Shown in pieces: positions 1 through 11,113 of a stretch of 64,000 nucleotides of DNA. The position numbers and the translations under genes were made by a program. Position 1 is the stretch's first letter. Every line of letters begins with the position of its first letter. This DNA comes from Octopus bimaculoides (taxonomy: Eukaryota), in NCBI RefSeq assembly GCF_001194135.2, contig NC_068984.1:25713377-25777376 (forward strand). Direction: 5' to 3'. Below the pieces are notes generated by a model. The model did not search any database, was not told the DNA's origin, and saw only the letters and a program-made list of their open reading frames with translations.

Positions 1-456
1 TTTTGATTGTAGATCTGTTTGATCAGGGTTGTTCAGACCCTTAACAAGAACAAGACAATGAAAAGCAAAGCGAACTCCAGCAGGATTTCACCTCAAAAAT
101 TTAGAAGGCTGAAGCCACATCACTGCAAGGCATTTAGCCCAGTGTGCTACTATTTTCCACACTTTTACTACCTGAATATAATTTTGTCAACAGAAATTAC
201 TAAATAATATAGACACACAAAAAGAAAAATAAGTGCAGTAGATAAAATATTTCTATGATTTGTTTATTCATACAAATAACATTTGAAGAAACAAAAATAT
301 AAATGAAAACATTTAAAAAACATGAAACAAACAAACAAACAAAAATCAAAGGGTTAAGAAACTTCTAGAAAAAGTAACCCTCATTCTTGAAATTTCAGCC
401 ACCACTTAGTATTAATAACAACAAAAAGTTTACATCTTTATATTTTTTTAGCCCCT

Positions 457-462
457 TTTATT
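457..462 (-). terminator. Candidate STT3B polyadenylation signal AATAAA (alternatives at 263-268 and 1092-1097)
   Basis: TTTATT on plus, downstream of the stop in AT-rich 3'UTR-like sequence; no transcript evidence. Confidence 0.3.
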
Positions 463-1092
463 ATTTTTCTTATCAAAATAAGAAAAAGAAACATTGTAAG
501 GAACAGACAGTTATTTAGCAAAAGAAGAATGGTAGAATGTGATTGCTGCTGATGTATTCTTTTCCATTTAATAACAAAAAACATCTAGATACAAACACAC
601 ACAGACATACACCCCAAGTGTGTATAATAGATATATGTAAAATATACAAGAGCATTATACACACACTCGCATACATACACAGAGAATTATACACGTGCAT
701 AATATTATTATTATAGACACGTGTACATATAAATGAGCTTTACTCACATTCACACTGTCATTCCCTGTTCACACATTTTGAGTTTGAAATGATTGATTAA
801 TTCCAAGTGTATAGTTGCAAGATTGCAAACTTTCCCAATAACCACTCCCAACTCCACTCAACTCTTGATAAGGTGTGTGTGTGTGTATGTGGGTGTGGAT
901 GTGTGTGTGTGTGTTTATGTGTAAGGGAAAGAACTGAGAAGGAAATAAAAACGATGGCTTTGTGGGAGAAAAAGCTGAAAGTCACTGTTTCAGCAATGCC
1001 TAAAAAAGTCTGTCCTTGACTTGGAATATTACCAGTAACTGGATGGTATTGTTACAAATGGCCAAATTTGTACTACTTTTACACTACAGCTT

Positions 1093-1170
1093 TTATTTTA
1101 ATTTCTTTCCTTTTTTGATTCCTTTCTTAATTCTAGGTTTGTCCTTGATTCGGCCTTGTTTCCTTCTTGC
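1093..1170 (-). CDS. STT3B: STT3B last coding exon 17 (78 nt) [25 protein letters not shown]
   Basis: Acceptor cttttgcag; basic tail with terminal KKxx as in STT3B orthologues; TAA at 1093-1095. Confidence 0.9.
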   Translation of the reverse strand, partial: ARRKQGRIKDKPRIKKGIKKGKKLK

Positions 1171-4100
1171 CTGCAAAAGCAATGATCATCATCAGTATTA
1201 TAATCATGACAAGTAACAAAAGTTTACAACAGAAAAATTAAGCAGTTACATTATAAACTGGGCAATACTGTCTACAGACCTTAGAATTCAAATCATGAGA
1301 GGCTTGCTCTATGTTACTGAGTAAGTTTAATAAATAAATGCCTTGATATATATATATAGGGAGAATTCACAAAAAAAAAAAAAAAAGACGAAGACAGGTG
1401 GTGTAGAAACCAAACAGATGTATTAGTATAACGCTTGGGAATTGAAAAAGTCTTTAACGTTTCGAGTCTATTCTCTCCCACAGAAAGAAACAAGGAGAGA
1501 AACAAGCAGAGAAAAAAAAATGTGTGTAGTGGTTAGCGATCTATCATGGTGAATCGTTAACCACTACACACATTTTTTTTCTCTGCTTCTTTCCTTGTTT
1601 CTTTCTGTGGAAGAGCGTAGGCTCGAAACGTTAAAGACTTTTTCAATTCCTGAGCATTATACTAATACATCTGTTTGTTTTCTGGTTTTTTTTTGTGAAT
1701 TCTCCCTATACATATCACATGCTCACGTGGTCGCACCAGTTGATCCGGTCTCCTCTTATCACCCATGAACTTCTTGACTGGACTTTCTACCTTTCTACAC
1801 CCCAGCTGCACCTCTCCTGCCTATGGATTACTCTGGACTCTTCTGTATGTATATGTGTATGTATATATNNNNNNNNNNNNNNNNNNNNNNNNNNNNNNNN
1901 NNNNNNNNNNNNNNNNNNNNNNNNNNNNNNNNNNNNNNNNNNNNNNNNNNNNNNNNNNNNNNNNNNNNNATTTAAAAGGCTAAACAATGCAAATAGATTT
2001 TAAGATGAGGTAACGTAAACTAAAAGTTTGGGTAACCAAGTATTTTCTTTGCAGTACCACACCTGTGTCTGTCTTCATTCCTGATCTTTCTCTCTCTGGC
2101 CAGGTAACCTTGTACTTCCTCTACAGCAAGACACCTGTATCTGTCTGATTATAACCCTTTCATCATTACCTCCTCCCCTCTCAAAAGTTTTTGTCTTGCA
2201 AGTACTTGGTGACCCTGTCAGTGCAGGTGCCACTTAAAAGCACCCAAACCACACTGCAAAGTGGCTGGTGTTCGGAAGAGCGTCCAGCTGTAAAAACCTT
2301 GTCAAAACTGACTTCGCCTGTGCATGTGCCATGTAAAAAGCACTACTCACCTCGCCTGAGCTTGTGCCACTTAAAAGCATTAAGTCCACTCTGCTGAGTG
2401 GTTGGTGTTAGGAAGGGCATCTAGCTGTAAAAATCCTGCCAAAACAGTCATAGAAGTCTGGTGCAGGCTTTGGCTTGGCCAGCTCTTGTGAAACCATCCC
2501 ACCCATGCTAGCATGGAATACGGACATTAAATGATGATGATGATAAATAAAGATCTTGAACATATAATCTGAGGATTATATCATTTCTACTAAATTCAAG
2601 GAAACTGTTTTACACCAAAATAGATGAATAACTATCAATTTCTCTAGATCTGGAGGTAAATTGTGAATTGATCAAATATTTATATTAAAGAAAGTTAGCT
2701 ATGAAGACTACTATTCAGACAAGAGACCACCTATAATTCTTTTTATTAATTTGATGGTTTAAACTGGGAAATAGCAAATATTTAAGTATCCATCATCTGC
2801 ATAAGTGTTTCCTCCATTGCTTTATTTTACAGTTATATTAAAAAAAAACAGCTAGTCCTCAGTGCTTAAAAGAGCAAGTTTTATGCATTTAGAAACCATT
2901 TCAAAATGCTTCCCAACTAGATGGTAAACAATGAGAATGCCACTAATGAAAGGTGGAATCAGGTCAGGAAAACTAGATTATGTTAATAGAAGCAGTGGTT
3001 AAAATAAGGAAATGGTGCAACACTGCAAGTAGAATTATTAATCTGCAAAAGCTACAATACGTAGTAATCTACCTGTGGGAGGATATGTAATGCATGCTTC
3101 TATTTTGGATTTTTTGTGGATGGCAGAAATGAACTTAAGAAACACATTAATACTTGGATTATTTGTCAAATTTTATTGACTTCACCACTAAGATGTGTAG
3201 GTAGAACATTATAACTTTCTGGGAAGAATGAGTGATGGGTGACAACTAAAACATTCAAACTTTTTATGGTGTTCATTGTTTTCAGAAAGTTATGAAGCTG
3301 TAATAGATCAAGTGTGTAACAGAAGGGAAAATTAAGCACATTGTGTTCTACACATCTAAGCATCAGTGGTGTTGACTTGGACAGAGAAAGGTAAGACGAA
3401 AACTAGATATTTGTCTAAATTGTCTTTCTAATCATATATAGATAACATCTGTAACAATTAAACTATATCAGATTAGAGATAAGTCTGACATCATCAATTT
3501 TAATAAAAAAAAAATCTAAAATCTTTATATCATGCTTTGTGAAGTTAAAATCGGATTTATTAGCAGGACAGCTACATATAAAATACAGATACACAGAAAC
3601 AACATTTCTTATAAAAACTTAAACTTACAGTTTTCGTTGAGTATCGCTTGGTAGGTCTCTTCACAGGCCGCCGAATTTTAATCCGTTGGCGATTTTCCAA
3701 ATCTTTTACTTTGTAAATTCTGACCAACCAATGTTCAGTAGTATATGCTTCCTCAAGATGACTAAGATCAAAATCTTTGTTTCCAATTTCTACTCCTCGA
3801 GTCCGATCAAATCCAGGAGGATTTCTGAAATCAAGCTATAAAATATAAAAAGAAAATTGAATTTCTTAGAGGTAAAAAAACAAAACAATTTCTAACTTAT
3901 ATTTTAAACTTTATTTGCTGTGTTTGGAGGAAAGGCCAATACCCAAGACTTTCGCAAGTCCTCAGAGATCAGAGAACTAAGTGGCAATAATATTCTGTTT
4001 AAAATGTTGCAGGCTAACATTCACAGCAAAGATATAAGCAGAGAAGATTCCAGAGGACCAATGTTCAAGGGAGAAAAAACTGGGAAAGGTGATTAGTGCA

Positions 4101-7100
4101 AGTTGGAAAGGCAGGTTTAGATGCAATAAGGATGACAAAGGGTAGATGTACAAGACCAGCCAGCACCAAGGTACAAGGGCCATTATAGTAGCAATAGAAA
4201 AGACAGAGACAGGAGACAGAATGCCTGTGAGCGAGAGGCTGGAGCTGGACCATGTCCGTTAGTGATTGAATGCCAATCAGACGAGTGGGTCTTCTCTGGA
4301 TGAAGTCTAGGATGTCTGTGTATGTAATAGAAGCACCAGCTCAGCATAATAATTTATACCTAAATAGTAGACATATAAAATGTTGCTGTGATGTAATTAA
4401 AGAAAATTATTTGTATGAAAATGTTATTCTATTCAATATAATTAAAAAGACAACTAAAAATCTCACTAATAATAACAATACAATCATAGTGCAATAAATT
4501 TGTAATATAGTTGATTGAATTCTATTACTTTAATTATTAGCTTGCTATATGAAAACTTAATACTGATGAGGTACTACCATATATGATATAGTATGCCTAG
4601 AAATATTAATTAATTAATTACAGCCTCAGTTGTAAGAACAATTAGCTAAATGACTAACTTCAGTCTTTTTTTTAAAGGCAAGGGGAAACAACCATGGAAT
4701 ATTTATTAAAAATGGGTTGTGACCTATCTTTAACATGATACTCCAGCTGTGAAACCAATATCTCCTTTTTAAAATGGTAGGTGTGGTTTGAGGGAGATTC
4801 AGTTGCTATTTGTAGCAGGTTGAATGCCCAAGTAGAAACTATCACTGAGCAACAAACATATGTATTATTTGATTTTACAAGCTTGACTAAAATGTATATG
4901 ACCAATGGATTACAGCAATTAAAGATGTAGTGTCAAATTTATATATAATTCTTATTATGTAAGCAATTAATTTTACTGAAAATAACATGTATTCGTTTGT
5001 TCATTTTTATATCTGCTTTTCCATGCTAGCAAGGATTAGACGACTTATTGAAGCAGTATTTTACAGTCAGATGCGCTTCCTATGTTTTTCAAGTAAGGAA
5101 TTTAAAAAATTTCATTGGTTGTCACAAGTGGCAAGGCTTATAAGACAGTTTACAAGGGATGTAAACATGATATCACTGTTTTGTCCATATGAAAGCATAT
5201 ATTTTGTAAACATTCATACACAAGCACACACAGTTTATGCCTATCAATTTCACTAACAAGGCATTGGTTAGTCTGAGATTATAATAGAAATCACCTGTCC
5301 AAGATGTCGTGCAATGGGATAGATCCTGAAATCATGTAATAATGCAGTAAACTTTGTATCCACACATTCATCCCTGAGCCAAATTAATAAATTCAATCAT
5401 CAAATTAAATTAGTAAATTTCATGTTCTGAATTACCATACCTGGAGTTGGCCAAATCGATAATATGAAAGCTTGTACATTAAGCAATTCAAGAGTGTTGA
5501 AGAGCCGGCTGCATCAACTCGAAACTCTCCTTGTGGTGTGAAATAATCAGATTCCTAAAACAAAAGTTATACAATATTAATCAACAAACACTTCGACTTA
5601 TCATTAGATATGTAAACAATGAAACAGGGTAACTTTGGGTAAATCAAACCTCAAAAGAAAATATGTAAATCTTATGTAGGAAAACAAATTTTGTATTTCT
5701 TAAAGCAGTAATTTATTTTATGATGCAAGCTGATTCAGTGATTAAAATGTTTCATTCAGCATCAATGAGATTTCTCTCCAAATGTTTTGCTTTGCTCATC
5801 TCATAACAATATTCATCTTCTCTTGCTAGCGGGAGTTGGACAAATTTATTATACAGCATCTTCTTAAGTGCATCAGCTCACCTTTAATGCTTGTTGTGTA
5901 TGGATGAGGACAGCTGTGTGAGGAAATGCCACTCCCTAACTGTGGAAGGAACCTGTGGAAGAGGTAGACCCAGGAAGACATGGGATGAGGTGATGAAGCA
6001 TGACCTTCGAACACTGGGCCTCACAGAGGCAATGACGGGAAACGGAGACCTTTGAAGATATGCTGTGATTGAGAAGACTTGGCAACTAAAGTTAGATCGC
6101 AACCATGCATGTCCGGCCCAGTTAAGAGTACCCCTGATGTATCGTGCGATATATGCTTGAGAAAACCTGTTGAGTTAAGTAAAACCAATATTGTAGCTGT
6201 TGCCAGTGCCCCCTGAGTGGCTCTTGTGCCGGTGGCACGTAAAAGGCACCATCTGAGCGTGGCCGATGCCAGTACCCTCTGACTGGCTCTCGTGCTGGTG
6301 GCATGTAAAAAGCTCCGTCTGAACGTGGCCAACGCCAGTACCCCCTGACTGGCCCGCATACTGGTGGTACGTAAAAAGCACTATCCGAACGTGATCGATG
6401 CCAGGCCCGCTTGACTGGCTTTTGTGCCAGTGGCACATAAAAAGCACCCACTACACTCTCAGAGTGGTTGGCGTTAAGAAGGGCACCCAGCTATAGAAAC
6501 CTTGCCAGATCAGATTGGAGCCTGGTGCAGCTGCTGGCTCTCCAGACCTCAGTCAAACTGACCAACCCATGCCAGCATGGAAAATGGATGTTAAATGATA
6601 ATGATGACAGAACAGTATTTAAGCTATTGCAGTGTGGAAGGTGTTTATAAGCCATTTAAAAACACACAAAAGCCATTCGATTCACTTCAACATTTAAATT
6701 TAATTTGTCAAAATATTTTCGTTGCTTTCAAAACCGTGACCTGTTCACTGACAAAATTCTGTGCTGCATCTATAACTATTTAAGCTGTTTTTAGAAATAC
6801 CAAATCACTGGTATTCTAGCTGTTCAAAAAATGCTATGGTCAAATTATTATTAGTTAGATCAATGTTACATAAATTAGTCAAACCATATAAACTTACTCT
6901 GATATCTTTTGGGTGTTCTCCTTCAGCAATTCTCACCATCCATAAAAATTTATTAATGTCATCTCCAGAGTAACCTATGACACCACCAAATATCACAAGT
7001 ACATAGTTAACATCTAAAGATCGCATGATGTCATATGCTGCTGTCTCATTTGATGACATAGCTTTGCCAACCTGAATAGTGAGGAAGAATAGTATAGAAT

Positions 7101-8096
7101 GTTAATTTCAATATCAATTTCTTAGACACAAAACAAACTGTTTAAAAGGAAGGTTAAGTACATTACACTGAACCTAACGTATAACTGGTACTTATATCAT
7201 TGATTCCAGAGAGATGAAAGTTTAAGTTGATCCCACTAGCCTTAGTATTCAGAAGATAGCAGAACAAATTATTGTTTTTTTTTCAACTAGGCATCATGGC
7301 TATATTAATTTTGGTTAAAATAAGACAATATTACATGTGCAAAGCAAGCCTATATTTCCATGGTTCAAATATAGAACTAGCAAATAAAAAATTAAACTGA
7401 CCTTTAATTAATACAGAGATATAAAATAATTAAAAATAAAAACATAATTTAGGTATTTAGAAAAGAATATAACCAGAAATGTTTATTTAATGAAAAAAAA
7501 AAAATTGATATAAGATAAAAAAAAACAAAAACCTTACCAATGCTATATGGCTGTTGTTCCAAGTATTATTATCTACTAATGTAGTCCGATTTCCCATTCC
7601 AGCAATCTGATAACCATAGTCCCACCAAGACATTATTCTTGCTTTATCATGTGTATTTTGACGTAGCCAATAATAAGCTTCACGGAAATCATCTAAAATA
7701 GTGCGGCTCCTGGTGAAAAGAGAACACATTTCCATATGCAGAGATGAACACAACATTAATTTTTTTACAACAGCAAACATAAATAGTAACATATCTCTTT
7801 ATTGCAGATATTTTCACCATTTATTTATTTCAAACAGCTGTAAGATTATTATATTAACCTCCTCCTCCCCTTAGACTAAATGGTATCTAAATTAACACAT
7901 TTTTCAAGGTTGACCATCAGTTCACATGTCTACTGTAAGCCAAAATTCAGTTAACAGTCTCCCACTTTCACAGTGCAAGCTTCTGCAGCAGTCCCTGCTT
8001 CCTCTCCTGCTAATTGACTTCTCTAACCAGGCAATAAAATTTGCTGAAGTCTTTAATGACAACCAGATTGCTATCTGCTTAAGAATGTAGTGTGTA

Positions 8097-8144
<48 letters not shown>

Positions 8145-8462
8145 NNNNNNNNNNNNNNNNNNNNNNNNNNNNNNNNNNNNNNNNNNNNNNNNNNNNNNNN
8201 NNNNNNNNNNNNNNNNNNNNNNNNNNNNNNNNNNNNNNNNNNNNNNNNNNNNNNNNNNNNNNNNNNNNNNNNNNNNNNNNNNNNNNNNNNNNNNNNNNNN
8301 NNNNNNNNNNNNNNNNNNNNNNNNNNNNNNNNNNNNNNNNNNNNNNNNNNNNNNNNNNNNNNNNNNNNNNNNNNNNNNNNNNNNNNNNNNNNNNNNNNNN
8401 NNNNNNNNNNNNNNNNNNNNNNNNNNNNNNNNNNNNNNNNNNNNNNNNNNNNNNNNNNNNNN

Positions 8463-8503
<41 letters not shown>

Positions 8504-11064
8504 TATGACGGGCTTCTTTCAGTTTCTGTCTACCAAATCCACTCATAAGGCTTTGGTCGGCCCGAGGCTAGAGAAGACATTTGCCCAAGATGCCACACAG
8601 TGGGACTGAACCTGGAACCATGTGGTTGGTAAGCAAGCTACTTACCACACAGCCACTCCTGCACCTGTGTTCAAAATGTAATTTTTTCTTCTAGATGAGA
8701 AAATGTGATTTGAGGGAGATTTAGCTACTACTTCAACCAATTTGAGTGACTGCATTGAAGCTTCCCGCCCCCCAACAATTAATAACATGGATTTCTTTAT
8801 GCTTGCATTGATTTCACAAATACTGACATAGATAATACAAAATTGGTATGCTTACCCATCATGGTTAAATGAAGCGAGTACAATACTAGGACTTGAGTAT
8901 GCACTGCTTGTAACCCAAGTACAATGTACAGCAAAAAGCATTAACATCATCACAACTGCAATGTTTATGATACTTTTGATATTAATACCAAGGCTTTCTT
9001 GTTCCTTGGGCTTGTCATCTTTTATCTTCTTGGCTTTACCAACCTTAAACATTGAAAGAAAAGGAAAACTGATGTAGAAATAATTTACTTATATTTACTA
9101 ATTAAACACAAATTCCTATCAACATAAGTATTGATTTAACTTTCAAAGCTTTATATAAAAGTGTCAAAGTTGTCAATTTTTCCAATGATAATACACAGTT
9201 TAGGTAAAAATTCACAAATTCTTACCACCAACAAAAAATTTTTCAATCTGAAAAAATATTTTCAATAGAATTTCTAAGACAATTTACTTTGTTAATTGTT
9301 GGCACTCCGTCGTTTACGATGTCGAGGGTTCCAGTTGATCCGATCAACGGAACAGCCAGCTCGTGAAATTAACGTGCAAGTGGCTGAGCACTCCACAGAC
9401 ACATGTACCCTTAACGTAGTTCTTGGGGATATTCAGTGTGACACAGTGTGACAAGGCTCACCCTTTGAATTACAGGTACAACAGAAACAGGAAGTAAGAG
9501 TGAGAGAAAGTTGTGGTGAAAGAGTACAGCAGGGTTCGCCACCATCCCCTGCTGGAGCCTCGTGGAGCTTTCGGTGCTTTCGCTCAATAAACACTCACAA
9601 CGCCCAGTCTGGGAATCGAAACCGCGATCCTATGACCGCGAGTCCGCTGCCCTAACCACTGGGCCATTGCGTCTCCACTACTTTGTTAATAACCATAATA
9701 AAATTATTTTTCATCATGACTGCTCTGTGTGTATATCTATCTTGTCAAAATAATTTGTACTGATAGAGACAAAATACACACACACACATATAATATATAC
9801 ATGCATGTGTGTGTGTACTATAACATGTATTTTCTTGCATTGGTTCCAGGTATTGGGTTGTGGCCATGAGGGGTGCCACCTTCAAAGGTTTTAGTCAATC
9901 TTATGGCTGCCAATACTTTAATACTTTTTTTTATTGCTCTGTACTTATATCATGGCTAAATACACCAGAGGGACATAATATCTTTGATAATATACAGCTA
10001 GATACACACACACATACAAGATAAATACTTTAGATATGGATTACAACAATACTAATATAATTTACTGGAAATAAACAAAATGACTAGGGAACTCTATGCG
10101 AACCATACTCTACAGCAGTGCTTCTTTAAGTGGAAGCAGTATAGCAAGGGAAAGCGAGGAAACATATTTTAATTGTTCTAATTTTCAAAAATATTTTCTA
10201 TTTTTTTTCTGAGTGTGAATATTCTAGTAATATTAGTGGTTGAATTATGGCAGTGAACTGGCAGAATCATTAGCATGGCTGGTAGAGTCGTTAGCATGGC
10301 TGGCAGAGTCATTAGCATGGCTGGCAAAATGCTTAGCAGTATTTTTGTCTGTCTTTACGCTCTGAGTTGACTTAGCCTCTCGTCCTTTCAGAGTTGATAA
10401 AATAAGTACCAGTTGAACTCTGGGGCCAATGTAATCAACTTACCCCTCCCCCAAAATTTTAAACCAATATCAGTAGCTGAAATGGTTTGTCATTTCATAT
10501 GATATAGATGAAATGACTTATGTGCAAATAGTCTTTTAATGGTAATCAACTCACCAGCAGTGATGATTCGTGTTGTATTTAATTTTGTTGAATTGCAGCA
10601 ACGCAAAGTTGAAAGAGTGTGAGTAAGAGAAAGGGAGTGATAGCTATATATATATATATNNNNNNNNNNNNNNNNNNNNNNNNNNNNNNNNNNNNNNNNN
10701 NNNNNNNNNNNNNNNNNNNNNNNNNNNNNNNNNNNNNNNNNNNNNNNNNNNNNNNNNNNNNNNNNNNNNNNNNNNNNNNNNNNNNNNNNNNNNNNNNNNN
10801 NNNNNNNNNNNNNNNNNNNNNNNNNNNNNNNNNNNNNNNNNNNNNNNNNNNNNNNNNNNNNNNNNNNNNNNNNNNNNNNNNNNNNNNNNNNNNNNNNNNN
10901 NNNNNNNNNNNNNNNNNNNNNNNNNNNNNNNNNNNNNNNNNNNNNNNNNNNNNNNNNNNNNNNNNNNNNNNNNNNNNNNNNNNNNNNNNNNNNNNNNNNN
11001 NNNNNNNNNNNNNNNNNNNNNNNNNNNNNNNNNNNNNNNNNNNNNNNNNNNNNNNNNNNNNNNN

Positions 11065-11113
<49 letters not shown>

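Noticed and set aside
4563-4610. CTGATGAG...GAAA as a second hammerhead
   Set aside because: The core words are present, but stem II does not close next to GAAA and no stem I pairing is available.
6202-6450. Regular 66-bp repeats as a CRISPR array; overlapping 90-112 aa ORFs at 6021-6451 and 28654-28956
   Set aside because: The units are contiguous diverged tandem copies with no unique spacers, in a eukaryotic LINE 3'UTR; the ORFs are repeat translations.
9226-9247. 22-nt micro-exon candidate (ttttcag|...|GTAAGA) between exons 10 and 12
   Set aside because: In the only frame compatible with exon 12 it encodes LKNFLLV, unlike the expected ..LYDK, and it cannot supply the missing conserved segment.
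9600-9678. tRNA genes at SINE heads (also 13340-13413, 45470-45543, 54568-54635)
   Set aside because: A and B boxes are present, but there is no complete cloverleaf and each continues into a repeat body.
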